The notes beneath the pieces are model-generated. The model saw only the letters and a list, made by a program, of their open reading frames with translations. It was not told the DNA's origin and made no database searches. From positions 299,835 through 363,834 of the forward strand of contig CAWJTV010000031.1 of assembly GCA_963845755.1 (NCBI GenBank): a stretch of 64,000 bases of DNA, written 5' to 3'. This document shows, piece by piece, positions 21,500 through 32,549 of this stretch (positions are counted from its first letter, which is position 1; each line of letters starts with the position of its first letter). Source of the stretch: an uncultured Planctomycetota bacterium. Lineage in GTDB: Bacteria; Planctomycetota; Planctomycetia; Isosphaerales; Isosphaeraceae. Position numbers and translations under genes: made by a program.

Positions 21500-24367
21500 A
21501 TGAGAGCGATTTTCACGGTTATGATATCCCTGAGTATCGTGCCGGTCGTAGCGGCGCAGACCCGGCCGGTGATCGATCAATCGGCTCCTTCGTTGCCTCG
21601 CGCTCCGGAACCATCGCGAGGGACTCTCGATCCGTTCGCCCAGGAGGCCGGATCGATCCTGGTTGGCAAGTGCCTGGCCTGCCACGGGCCGGAGAAGAAG
21701 AAGGGTGGGCTCGACCTGAGCCGGCGCGCATCGGCGCTGGCCGGCGGTGAGAGTCGAGCGGCCATCGTGCCGGGCCAGCCGGGAGAGAGCCTCCTGATCG
21801 AGAAGGTCGCCGAGGGGGAGATGCCACCCAATGGACCGCTGTCAAAGGACCAGGTCGCGGTGGTGCGCGCGTGGATCGAGTCGGGAGCCGCGTATCCCAG
21901 CGAGACGCTGGCCCCGCGCCGAGCCGGGGCCGATTGGTGGTCGCTCAGGCCGATCCGGCGGATTGCGGCACCCGAATTGAAGGGTCCCGACGCGGCCTGG
22001 GTCCGAACGCCGGTCGATCGTTTCATTCTCAAGGATCTCCGGATCGCCGGGCTTGCTCCTGCACCCGAGGCCGATCGCGCCGCGCTGATCCGCCGGGTGA
22101 CATTCGACCTGACCGGACTGCCACCAACTCCCGAGCAGGTCAACGCCTTTGTCGCGGATCCCTCCCCATCCGCTTATGAATCGCTCGTGGATCGCCTGCT
22201 GGCCTCGCCTCAGTATGGCGAGCGTTGGGGACGTCACTGGCTGGACGTCGTTCGATTCGGGGAGAGCGAAGGCTATGAGACGAACATGCCGAGGTTCTCG
22301 GCGTGGCCCTATCGCGATTACGTGATCCGCGCGTTCAACCGCGATACGCCGTTCCCGCGCTTCGTCCTTGAACAGCTCGCCGGAGACACGCTGACCTCGG
22401 GGCGCGGCCCGGCCGACTGGCTGACCCAGACGGCGACCGGGTTCCTCGTGGGGGGCACGCACGACATCGTCGGCAATCAGACGGTGGAAGGGATGCTCCA
22501 GCAGCGCGCCGACGATCTCGACGACATGATCACGGCGACCGGCACCACCTTCCTCGGGTTGACGATTCAATGCGCACGATGCCACGACCACAAGTTCGAC
22601 CCGATCCGGCAGGCCGACTACTACGGTCTCCAGGCGATCTTCGCCGGGGTCAACCACGCCGCGCGAGAGGTCCCCGCGCCGGACTCCGAGGCGCGGCGGA
22701 TCGAAGCATCCGCGGTCGCCGACGAACTGGCTCGCATCGAGCAGCGCCTCGATGAGTCCGAAACGCTCGCCCATCCCGGCAGCGATACACCCCTCCGGCC
22801 GATGGTCAACCCGAGGCGCAACGTCGAACGGTTCGCACCCGTTCGCGCCCGGATGATCCGGCTGACGATCCTCGCGACCAACAATGACACCGAGCCCTGC
22901 ATCGACGAGCTGGAAGTCTACACGACCGCTGAAAGCGATGGATCTCCGCCACGCAACGTCGCGCTGGCTTCAGCGGGAGGGAAGGCGTCGGCATCGTCGG
23001 AGTATCCGGGAAACCCGATCCACAAGATTGTCCATCTCAACGACGGCCGGCAGGGGAACAGCCGGAGCTGGATCTCACGGTCGGCGGGCAGGGGGGTGGT
23101 CACGATCGCCTGGCCCGAACTCGCGACGATCGACCGCGTGGTCTGGGGCCGCGATCGGGAAGGGGCCTATCGCGACCGCCTGGCGACGCAGTATTACCTC
23201 GAAGCGGCCCTCGAGCCCGGTTGCTGGCAGATCGTTGCCTCGTCGCTGGATCGTCTGCCCTATCGCGACGAGCCGACGTCGCCGCGAGGCGCGGACTCGC
23301 CCGGCCGTGCGGGCGAGCGGGCCGAGCTGCGAGCGAGACAAGTCCAGCTTCGCGATCGCCTCGCCCAACTGGGCAGCACGATGCCGATCTATGCCGGCAC
23401 GTTCACTCAGCCCGGCCCGACGCATCTGCTCGTCCGCGGCGATCCGACGAAGAAGGGACCGCGGATGCGGCCCTCGGTGATCGCGTGTCTGCGACCGAAC
23501 CTGGTCCTGGATCCCGATACCCCCGAGGCGGAGCGCCGTGCATCGCTGGCGCGATGGATCGCCGATCCGGCCAACCCCTTGCCCGCCCGCGTGATGGTCA
23601 ACCGCGTCTGGCAATACCACTTCGGCCGGGGGATCGTCGCCACGCCCAGCGACTTCGGTTTCAACGGCACGCCGCCCTCGCATCCCGAACTCCTCGATTG
23701 GCTGGCCAGCACCTACATCGAAGGCGGCTGGCGGATGAAGCCGATTCATCGGCTGATCTTGTTATCTTCCACATATCGCCAGTCGAGCCGGCTCGACGAG
23801 AAGGCCCAGGCAATGGACCGGGAGAACCGACTGCTCTGGCGCGTGAGTCCGCGACGGCTCGAGGCCGAATCGATCCGCGACGCGATCCTCGCGACCAGCG
23901 GCCGGCTCAATACCCGCATGGGCGGGCCGGGTTACAACATCTGGGAGAAGAACACCAATTATGTTGCCGTGTACAAACCTCGCGCCGTGCTCGGTCCCGA
24001 CGACTTCCGCCGGATGGTCTACCAGTTCAAACCCCGGAGCCAGCCCGATCCCACCTTCGGCGCCTTCGACTGTCCCGATGCGGCACTGGTCGCTCCCCGA
24101 CGGAATGTCTCAACGACGGCACTCCAGGCCCTCAACCTCTTGAATAGCCGCTTCGTGATCCGTCAGGCCGAGTTTTTCGCCGAACGCCTCCGGGTCGAGG
24201 CCGGCGCCGAGCCGGAATTCCGGGTCGAGCGCGGGTTTCGATTGGCGTTCGGCCGCATGCCGTTGGCCATCGAGCGCGAGGCCGCCGTCAAGCTGATCGC
24301 CGCACACGGCACGGCGGCGTTCTGTCGGGCTTTGTATAATGCCAATGAGTTTGTTTACGTGCCATGA
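21500..24367 (+). CDS. PSD1/PSCyt (DUF1553/DUF1549) planctomycete cytochrome c domain protein
   Basis: CLACH and CARCHDHKFDP; DLTGLPPT; YGERWGRHWLDVVRF; PSHPELLDWLA; QALNLLN. Confidence 0.92.
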   Translation: MRAIFTVMISLSIVPVVAAQTRPVIDQSAPSLPRAPEPSRGTLDPFAQEAGSILVGKCLACHGPEKKKGGLDLSRRASALAGGESRAAIVPGQPGESLLIEKVAEGEMPPNGPLSKDQVAVVRAWIESGAAYPSETLAPRRAGADWWSLRPIRRIAAPELKGPDAAWVRTPVDRFILKDLRIAGLAPAPEADRAALIRRVTFDLTGLPPTPEQVNAFVADPSPSAYESLVDRLLASPQYGERWGRHWLDVVRFGESEGYETNMPRFSAWPYRDYVIRAFNRDTPFPRFVLEQLAGDTLTSGRGPADWLTQTATGFLVGGTHDIVGNQTVEGMLQQRADDLDDMITATGTTFLGLTIQCARCHDHKFDPIRQADYYGLQAIFAGVNHAAREVPAPDSEARRIEASAVADELARIEQRLDESETLAHPGSDTPLRPMVNPRRNVERFAPVRARMIRLTILATNNDTEPCIDELEVYTTAESDGSPPRNVALASAGGKASASSEYPGNPIHKIVHLNDGRQGNSRSWISRSAGRGVVTIAWPELATIDRVVWGRDREGAYRDRLATQYYLEAALEPGCWQIVASSLDRLPYRDEPTSPRGADSPGRAGERAELRARQVQLRDRLAQLGSTMPIYAGTFTQPGPTHLLVRGDPTKKGPRMRPSVIACLRPNLVLDPDTPEAERRASLARWIADPANPLPARVMVNRVWQYHFGRGIVATPSDFGFNGTPPSHPELLDWLASTYIEGGWRMKPIHRLILLSSTYRQSSRLDEKAQAMDRENRLLWRVSPRRLEAESIRDAILATSGRLNTRMGGPGYNIWEKNTNYVAVYKPRAVLGPDDFRRMVYQFKPRSQPDPTFGAFDCPDAALVAPRRNVSTTALQALNLLNSRFVIRQAEFFAERLRVEAGAEPEFRVERGFRLAFGRMPLAIEREAAVKLIAAHGTAAFCRALYNANEFVYVP

Positions 24368-24398
24368 ATGAAACTGGGGAGTCGAAAGGAGAAGCAAC

Positions 24399-24834
24399 AT
24401 GGAGACGGAAACCATGGGGATCGTGCTGGTTACGGCCTTAATCGAGAACTACGATGACGTGAAGACCGCGGAGAAAGGGATTATCCCCGAAGCCGATGTT
24501 CGCTGCATCGAAGTCAACGATGCGCGCGTTCAACACCGGGGCGACCTACGTCTCGATGCCGCTACGTCTCATCGAGCAACTGGGCCTTAAGAGGATCAAG
24601 ACGGTCGTAGCGAAAACGACTGCGGGGCCGATGTCATTTGGGATCTTCGAGCCGGTCAAACTCACCATCCAGGATCGCGACTGTGAGGTCCGCGTGGCCG
24701 AGGTCGCCGACAATTGCCCCATCCTGATCGGTTACATCCCCCTGGAAATGCTCGATTTCGTCGTGGACCCCAAGAATCAACGACTCATCGGGAATCCGGA
24801 TCACGGCGGTCAGTACATGATCGATATGTACTGA
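24399..24834 (+). pseudogene. Clan AA aspartic protease-like protein, frameshifted ~24530 at the catalytic motif
   Basis: GGAG RBS; (D/N)TGATYVSMP...ILIGYIPLEMLDFVVDP; motif reads NTG after the shift. Confidence 0.65.
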
Positions 24835-24912
24835 CCTGCTATGGGGCAAGTGGGTGTTCGACATGTATCATCCATAGTGCTGCGTCTGGCAATCCACCTG
24901 GAGGCTCTCATC

Positions 24913-27247
24913 ATGAAGCGCGGTGCGTTCTTCTTCGGTCTGACGATGGTCCTGGCCGCATCCAGCACCTCGCGGGCCCAGGAGCCCGCGATTCCCGTGC
25001 CCGACACGATCCGCGTGGAGGGCGTGCCACCGATCCCGGCCGCGATGAGGAAGGCATTGAACCGCTACCAGAACATCCGCTCGGCGAGCTTCCAGGACTG
25101 GGCCTCGGACGGATCGGGGATGTACATCATCTCGCGGTTCGCCAACGTACCCCAGGTGCACTTCGTGGCCCAGGCCGGCGGAGCTCGGACGCAGCTCACG
25201 TTCCTTCCCGAGCGGCGTGTTGAGCGTCTCCGCCCGACCCAAGCACGACCAGTTCCTCTACAGCATCGACGAGGGCGGCGCCGAGAATTACCAGTTATTC
25301 GTTCAGAATCGTCGAGGCGGTGAAGCCCGTCGGATCACGGACGGCAAGAGCCGGAACACGGGGGCGAAGTGGTCCCCGTCGGGCGAGCTGCTGGCCTGGA
25401 GCAGCAATGCTCGTAACGGTCGCGATATGGATCTCTACGTCGCGGCCCCCGGCGATCCCCACTTCGTCCGCCGCTTCAAAGAAGTCTCTGGGAGCTGGAC
25501 GGTCTCCGATTGGTCGCCCGATGAGACCAAGGTCGTTGCGGTTGAGTCTATCTCGATCAACGAGTCGTATCTTCACATCATCGAAGTGGCTACTGGCAAG
25601 ACCCAGACACTCACTCCACTTCCGAATGACCCGAAGACTAGCCGCGCCTTTTCGGGCGATGCCAATTGGTCAAAGAACGGAAACGCGATTTACTACATCA
25701 CCGATCAGAAGAGTGAGTTTCGCCAGCTTGTCGTGTACTATCCGGCGTCAGGCGATTCCTCCGCTCTCCCTGATCCTTTCCCTCTCACTGGTGAGACTCA
25801 TTGGAACGTCGAGGGATTCGACATGAGCGACGATGGAGACGTCGTCGCATTCGTGGTCAACCGTGAGGGTGTCAGCATACTCAGTGTATACCGTCGCGCT
25901 CGTGGAATGCTGGAGGACCAACGCGAATTATTTGTCAGCAACGGTGTGATAACCCACCTGGCATTCCGACCCGGAAGCCAAGAAGTCGGTTTCACGGACA
26001 GTTCGACGCAATCGGATAGCGACTGCTGGTCTATTGTAACGACTGCGAATCCGTTGAAGCATCTCAAAGACGGCGAGGCTCGTCGGTGGACGCTGAGCGA
26101 AACCGGCGGCCTGGAATCCGAGAACTTTGCCGAGCCCCAACTGATCGGATATCCCAGCTTCGACGGCCGCAGGATTCCCGCATTCGTGTACAGGCCCTCG
26201 CCGCGAAAGTTCCCCGGCCCGCACCCCGTGCTGATCGACATCCACGGCGGCCCCGAGGGGCAATTTCGCCCTGCGTTCCTGGGCCGGCTGAACTACTGGA
26301 TCGATGAGCTAGGACTCGTCGTGATCTTCCCCAATGTGCGGGGCTCGTCCGGATATGGAAAGAGTTACCTCAAGCTCGACAACGGGAAGCTTCGCGGCGA
26401 TGCCGTCAAGGACATCGGTGCCCTCTTCGACTGGATCGCCAAGCAGAAGGATCTGGACAAGTCCCGCGTGGGCGTAACCGGCGGCTCGTACGGCGGGTTC
26501 ATGTCACTGGCCGTGCAGGCGAACTACAACGACAAGATCAAGTGCGGGATCGATATCGTCGGCATCTCGAACTTCGTCACGTTCTTGAAGAACACCCAGG
26601 GTTATCGCCGCGACCTTCGCCGGGCCGAGTACGGCGACGAGCGCGATCCGGAAATGCGTGCGTATCTCGAAAAAGTCTCGCCTCTGGCCAACGCCGGGAA
26701 GATCCGCACGCCGATACTCGTGGTCCAGGGACAGAACGACCCGCGCGTGCCGATCTCCGAGGCCGAGCAGATGATCGCCGCGCTCAAGAAGAACGGGATT
26801 CCCGTCTGGTACGTCGTCGGGACCAACGAGGGGCATGGCTTCGCCAAGAAGGCCAACCAGGATTATCTCCAGGCGGTCGAGGTCGAGTTCCTCCGCCGCT
26901 ACTTACTCGGGCCGGGTGGTCAGCGTGGAGAGGAGGTCGGAGAACGCTTCCCGGTCAAGGGCACGGTCACGTTCAAGGGCGAGCCACTCGCAGAGGGTCG
27001 GATCGAGTTTCGGCCGACAGAACCGGGGGGGCGTGCGGCTACGGGCATGATTCGGGATGGACGATTCACCCTGACAACGGTGGAAGCGAACGACGGATCT
27101 TTCCCAGGTACCTACAAGGTCACAATCGGATCGTTGGACCGGAACGTGAAGATCCCCGCTCGCTACTCCAACCCCGACACAACGCCCTTGAGGTGCAAGA
27201 TCGCTGCGGCCCAAAATACGCTCGATTTCGAGCTGAACGAGGATTGA
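24913..27247 (+). CDS. S9 family (prolyl oligopeptidase-like) peptidase with extra C-terminal domain (frameshift ~25217)
   Basis: Signal peptide; propeller repeats; IHGGPEGQ, GGSYGG, GQNDPRV, EGHGF. Confidence 0.9.
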
Positions 27248-27398
27248 GAACATCTTGACAACGGCAGTGGAGTCAGTCGGCCCACGATCGGATTGTTTGC
27301 GAGATGACCGTCATAGCCCTCCATCGAAGGACTCGTTCGCAATGGTTGACTCGAGCACCCACGATACGAAGTGTGTCTCGCGCTTCGAGATCACCAGC

Positions 27399-27608
27399 CT
27401 ACTTCCCAGCGGCCTTGTCGAGGGCTCGTCCCACTTTTTCCCCGGGGCCGGGCGGGTTGATCGTGTCCTTGGCTTTCTGGACGCCCGCGTCGATGTTCTT
27501 ACCCGCTTGCTCGGCCGGTCCCTCGGATTCGCAGCCGCCGAGGCATACGACCGCAAGAATTGGCAGTGCAGCGAAAAACGAGAGACGGAACTTCGTCAAC
27601 TTACTCAT
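27399..27608 (-). CDS. Small lipoprotein
   Basis: Lipobox LGGC followed by EGPAEQAGKNID. Confidence 0.7.
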   Translation of the reverse strand: MSKLTKFRLSFFAALPILAVVCLGGCESEGPAEQAGKNIDAGVQKAKDTINPPGPGEKVGRALDKAAGK

Positions 27609-27878
27609 CAGGAACTCTCCTTCAAATTACCGTCGGATTGCGCGGGCCATAGCACACGCTCACTCTGCCGGCAGATTGTGTCGATCGGCCGCTCCCTCAA
27701 CCGAACGCTTTCGAAGAAACACCCAGCGCGTCATCGGGCTCCCGAAATGCATCGGCCGAAGCTTCCTCAGAGCATTCTCGTCGTCGCGAAGTCAAAAAGT
27801 CAAACGAGATTCCCTCGCTAGGGAATATAATCCGCAAGTGTTTAGCATGTGCTGAACAATTCGAGAGGGGAATCCGTC

Positions 27879-29375
27879 GTGGGCGATCGATCGTCTCTAC
27901 TCCTGGGCTGCCACCTGCTCGACCGCCGGAGCTTCCTCAGTCACATGGCCACGGGCATGGGCGGGATCGCGCTCAGCGCGCTGCTGGCCGACCACGGCTT
28001 GCTGTCGGTTGATGACGGGACGACCGACTTGAATTCCGATCTGGCTCGAGCTCGTCCACCTAGTCCGCTTGGGCCGAAGCCGCCGCACTTCGTCGCAAGG
28101 GCGAAGCGTGTGCTGCATATCTTCTGCACGGGCGCGGTCAGCCATCTCGACACGTGGGACTACAAGCCTGCGCTGATCAAGCGGGACGGTCAGTCGATGC
28201 CCGGAGTCGAGAAGCTAATTACTTTTCAAGGCGAGAACGGCAACCTGGCCCGGAGCCCGTGGACGTTCCGGCCGCGGGGCCAGAGCGGGAAGTACATCTC
28301 GGACCTTCTGCCGCATCTGGCCGCCCGTGCGGACGACCTGTGCTTCATCCACTCGCTGACCTCGAAGACCAATACTCACGGGCCTGGCGAGATGTTCATG
28401 AGCACCGGGTTCACGCTCGAGGGGTTTCCCAGCATCGGGGCCTGGGTCAGCTATGCGCTTGGGACCGAAAACCAGGATCTGCCCGCCTACGTGGCGATCC
28501 CCGACCCGCGGGGCGACCCGCAGCAAGGGCCGGCGAACTGGACCAATGGCTTCCTGGCCGCCACCTTCCAGGGCACGGCGTTCAATGCCGAGCGGCCGAT
28601 CAATCACCTCGCCTTGCCGAAGGAGATCGCTCGCGGCGATGACGCGGCGGCGCGCGACTTCCTCTGCCTGCTCAACGACGAGCACCTCCGGCACCACCCG
28701 GGCGACAGCGAGCTGGCGGCCCGGATCGCCGCTTACGAGCTGGCTGGACGGATGCAATCGAGTGCGCCGGAGGTCGGCGAGCTATCCCGAGAGAGCCCAG
28801 CCACGCGGTCTCTCTATGGACTCGACGATGCCAACCCGCTCACCGCCGCCTTCGGCCGCAACTGTCTGCTCGCTCGCCGACTCCTGGAGCGCGGGGTACG
28901 CTTCATCACGCTGTTCAACGGCGCGTTCGCCATGGGCGAGGGCGTCCTCAACTGGGACGGGCACCGCCGCATCCAGTCGGACTACAACCGCCACGGCCCG
29001 ATCCTGGACAAGCCGGCCGCGGCGCTCCTGATCGACCTGAAATCGCGCGGGCTCCTCGATGATACGCTGGTCGTCTGGACGACTGAATTCGGGCGTATGC
29101 CTACTTTCCAAAAGGGGGTCCAAGGACGCGACCACAACCCCAAGGGATTCACCGCCTGGCTGGCCGGTGCCGGCGTCAAGCACGGGTTCAGCTTCGGCGC
29201 CACGGATGAGTTCGGCTACCAGGCCGTCGAGAAAGTCGTCGACGTCCACGACTTCCATGCCACGATCCTGCACCTCCTCGGCCTCGACCATGTACGCCTG
29301 ACTTACAACAATAACGGTACGTCGCGACGGCTCACCGACGTCCACGGCCAAGTGATCCGGGATGTCCTGGCCTAA
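27879..29375 (+). CDS. DUF1501 family protein
   Basis: RRSFL Tat-like motif; AKRVLHIF..GAVSHLDTWDYKP; LARRLLERGVRF; EFGRMP; GRDHNP; RLTDVHG. Confidence 0.93.
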   Translation: MGDRSSLLLGCHLLDRRSFLSHMATGMGGIALSALLADHGLLSVDDGTTDLNSDLARARPPSPLGPKPPHFVARAKRVLHIFCTGAVSHLDTWDYKPALIKRDGQSMPGVEKLITFQGENGNLARSPWTFRPRGQSGKYISDLLPHLAARADDLCFIHSLTSKTNTHGPGEMFMSTGFTLEGFPSIGAWVSYALGTENQDLPAYVAIPDPRGDPQQGPANWTNGFLAATFQGTAFNAERPINHLALPKEIARGDDAAARDFLCLLNDEHLRHHPGDSELAARIAAYELAGRMQSSAPEVGELSRESPATRSLYGLDDANPLTAAFGRNCLLARRLLERGVRFITLFNGAFAMGEGVLNWDGHRRIQSDYNRHGPILDKPAAALLIDLKSRGLLDDTLVVWTTEFGRMPTFQKGVQGRDHNPKGFTAWLAGAGVKHGFSFGATDEFGYQAVEKVVDVHDFHATILHLLGLDHVRLTYNNNGTSRRLTDVHGQVIRDVLA

Positions 29376-29465
29376 CAGATCGCATTCTCGCACGTTATCC
29401 GTCATGACGGAGTCGATGTTACCGGAGATCAGATCGATCACGAGAATGCAGACGGAGACACGCCG

Positions 29466-29903
29466 ATGAGACGCAAGGCTCCCTTTGATCGGAACTTCCG
29501 CGCGATCCAACGGACTCGGCTCTGGCCGATCCGCTCGCTCGGGCCGCTGATGATGGTGGTCGCCCTGAGCGGGCTTGTGCTATCGGCTTTTTCGTTGAAG
29601 CCGAGAGGCCTGGCGTCCGGGCCTCGGAACATCGTCCGGGCGCCTGCCACGGTGACACTGGTTCAAGGACCGGCGGGAACTGGACTGACCGAGGTCGATC
29701 CGCCGAACGATCGGTTCGTCATTCCGGCTCATCCCGATATCGAACCCGCCATGGTGATCCGCGCCGATCCCGATATCGATCCGGAGATGGTCTTCCATCT
29801 CGGGCCCGATGGTCGCTTGTGGCGGGAGTCGGACGTGGCAGAGTTCGACCTCCTGGGTCCCGCATCCACAGGTCATCCCCCAGAAACGACCCCGTCTCGT
29901 TGA
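29466..29903 (+). CDS. Hypothetical protein (single TM)
   Basis: GGAG RBS; hydrophobic segment; A(H/D)PDI(E/D)PxMV duplication. Confidence 0.55.
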   Translation: MRRKAPFDRNFRAIQRTRLWPIRSLGPLMMVVALSGLVLSAFSLKPRGLASGPRNIVRAPATVTLVQGPAGTGLTEVDPPNDRFVIPAHPDIEPAMVIRADPDIDPEMVFHLGPDGRLWRESDVAEFDLLGPASTGHPPETTPSR

Positions 29904-29918
29904 GAGGAGCAACCATCC

Positions 29919-30443
29919 GTGTCGCGAGACATCCCGGGACCACCGAGATCTGACGGGCGATTTCCCCGGCCCAGTCTGACGCTCCAAGAGCTGATCGGGC
30001 TGGTCGTCGCCTTCGCGATCTCCAACGCGTTCCTCGCATGGTTCAACCCCAGGGCGGCTCAGAGTGCGACCCTCATCGTCGTATGGAACGGCGTGCTCGG
30101 GCTGTATCTGGGTTTTGCGTTCCTTCAAGCGTGGATTCGATCGATTGTGCGCTGGATTCGGACGGGCGACGCATCCCCGACCGGGCGAACACCTCCGCGC
30201 TGGACGGCACTCGGCGTTGCGGAGGGGACCGTGATCGCCGGGACCCTCGTCATGTGCTTGATGATGATGATCGAAAAGTCGATAAACACGGGTCTTGACG
30301 AGAACGACTACGTGGTGCTGACGACCTTCGTCCTGGTCGGCACTATCTTTGCTCTGACGGTCCGAGCGCTCTGGCGGCGCGATCGTGATCGGGGCTTACC
30401 GTCTCGCTTCGAGAGCCGGACTCCAGTGGAACCATTCTTCTGA
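29919..30443 (+). CDS. Hypothetical membrane protein
   Basis: GAGGAG RBS; four hydrophobic segments. Confidence 0.6.
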   Translation: MSRDIPGPPRSDGRFPRPSLTLQELIGLVVAFAISNAFLAWFNPRAAQSATLIVVWNGVLGLYLGFAFLQAWIRSIVRWIRTGDASPTGRTPPRWTALGVAEGTVIAGTLVMCLMMMIEKSINTGLDENDYVVLTTFVLVGTIFALTVRALWRRDRDRGLPSRFESRTPVEPFF

Positions 30444-30545
30444 TTCCGAACGATTATCCCGACCGAGAGACTCCTTGACCGGTCGCCGGTAGCGCCCAAG
30501 GATAGAGTTGGGGTGACTCAACTTCATTAATGGGGAGAATTGCGA

Positions 30546-31495
30546 ATGTCCATCTGGTCGCTGGTCCTGCTGGCTCTAGTCGGTTTCCCTCCCAACCAGG
30601 CCCAAGCGGGCTCGAACAGCGTGGTATCGCCGGGAGAGAAGCTGGAAAAGGTCTGGGGAGAAGGCGAGTTCACCGAGGGAGGTGCTATGGCCGCGGACGG
30701 CTCGATCCTCTTTTCGGATATCGGCAACCGGATCATGCGGTTCGACCCGAAGACCGGCAAGACGACGGTCTACCGCGAGCCGAGCGGGCGGGCCAATGGG
30801 TTGATCTTCGACAACAAGGGCCGGCTAATCGTCGCCGAGGGCGCCAATACGGGTGGTGGTCGGCGGGTCTCGGTCACCGCCGCGGACGGCACGATCAAGA
30901 CGCTGTGCAGCGGCTTCGAGGGAAAGCGGTTCAACAGCCCGAACGATGTGGCCGTTGACCGGGATGGGCGTGTGTATGTCTCCGACCCACGATACGTTGG
31001 CGACGAGCCGCGAGACCTGGACTTCGAAGGGATCTTCGTCATCGAGTTGGACGGCTACGCTATCCCTCTGGACATGACCGTCTACAAACCGAACGGCGTG
31101 GCGATCAGCCCCGACGGCAAGACCCTCTACGTATCGGACAACGGCTCTCGTCGCCGGGCGTTGCTCGCGGCGACGATCGGCGACCGGGGAAAGGTGAAGG
31201 ATCCTCGCGTGATCCACGACTTCGGCCGCGGCGCGGCATCGACGGCATGACGGTCACCACCGACGGGCGGATCGTTGCCGCCGCCGGGGCCGGAGACAAA
31301 GCCGGCGTCTACATCTTCACTCCCGAAGGGAAGTCCCTTGAGGTCATCCCGACTCCGGAAGTCCCTGCGAACGTCGAGTTCGGCGGCGAGGACCGATCGA
31401 CCCTTTACATCTGCGCCGGCAAGAGTCTCTACCGGATCAAGACCAACATGACAGGTTTCGCGTTCTGGCCGCCGACCAGCGGCAAGGGAAAGTAA
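30546..31495 (+). CDS. SMP-30/gluconolactonase family protein (frameshift ~31235)
   Basis: FTEG, FSDI, RFNSPND, PNGVAISPDGKTLYV, DGM, NVEFGG. Confidence 0.9.
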
Positions 31496-31499
31496 CCGC

Positions 31500-32444
31500 C
31501 TAGCGCCGGATGCCCGCGACATTGACGCCGCTGCCGATGATCAGGTTATGGCGATAGGCCCGGTCGTAGAATGTGCCGGCCTTGGCCGGGGGAAGCTCGA
31601 CGATGTCGATGAACCCCTCCTCGGCGAACCATCGTGCGAGTTCTTCCGAGGTGTGGTGCGACTGAAATTGCGGGGCGTACCAGTCGAAGTTGTCGCAGAC
31701 GCGGAGGGTCCAGTCGGAATGGTTGGAGAAATTGGCGATCTTATTGAATGTCCGGTTGAGGATCGGAATGCCGCCGAGAATACCAAGGCCGGCGCAAAGC
31801 GGTTCGAGCACGCGCACTGGCAGTCGCGTGGTGATGGCGCGGAGGCCGGCGTTGAGCCATTCCTGCGGGGCGGTATTTCGTCGGTACAGCCAGACGGCCA
31901 GTCGACCGCCGGGCTTGACCCGTCGGGCGATCTGGGCGAAGGCGCTGCGAGGGTCAGGCGTATGATGCAGCACACCGATCGAGTAGACCAGGTCAAATGC
32001 GCCTTCGGCGATCGGCAAGCTGAGCAAGTCGGCCTGGACGATCGCAACGTCGGGCAGCCCGGCGCAGAGAGCAGCGGCCTTCTCGACCGCGGCACTCAGG
32101 TCCACGCCGAGGACCCTGGCACCGTGGCTTCCGACCAGTCGGGCGTATCGCCCGCCTCCGCAACCGGCATCGAGTACCAATCGTCCCGCCAGGCTGCTCG
32201 CATCGACGCCGGTCTTGACCCGGAACGTCGCCTCGTCCTCCTCGGGCCGCGCCACATCATACCGATTCCACTGCCGACCGAAGCTCGCAGCATAGGAATC
32301 GCCCGCCAGCCGTGGAATCGCCCTCACGATCGGAACTCTGCCGCCACACGACTGACAAGTTAGGTCCAGCGGCGGGTCGCCTTCGACGTCCAGATTTCCC
32401 TGGCACTTCGGACATCGCAACAATGATATCAGATCGAGAATCAT
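31500..32444 (-). CDS. Class I SAM-dependent methyltransferase with Trm112-like N-terminus
   Basis: LRCPKC...CQSC; VLDAGCGGGR; GVLHHTPDP. Confidence 0.88.
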   Translation of the reverse strand: MILDLISLLRCPKCQGNLDVEGDPPLDLTCQSCGGRVPIVRAIPRLAGDSYAASFGRQWNRYDVARPEEDEATFRVKTGVDASSLAGRLVLDAGCGGGRYARLVGSHGARVLGVDLSAAVEKAAALCAGLPDVAIVQADLLSLPIAEGAFDLVYSIGVLHHTPDPRSAFAQIARRVKPGGRLAVWLYRRNTAPQEWLNAGLRAITTRLPVRVLEPLCAGLGILGGIPILNRTFNKIANFSNHSDWTLRVCDNFDWYAPQFQSHHTSEELARWFAEEGFIDIVELPPAKAGTFYDRAYRHNLIIGSGVNVAGIRR

Positions 32445-32549
32445 GAATCATTTGACGCGTGTGGAGAATGGGGACCGCCCGCCGACTTGTCGGCAAGTTC
32501 GACGACCCAGTTTACTGGCCATGAGCCACGGGCCACCAGAGCGATTCGA

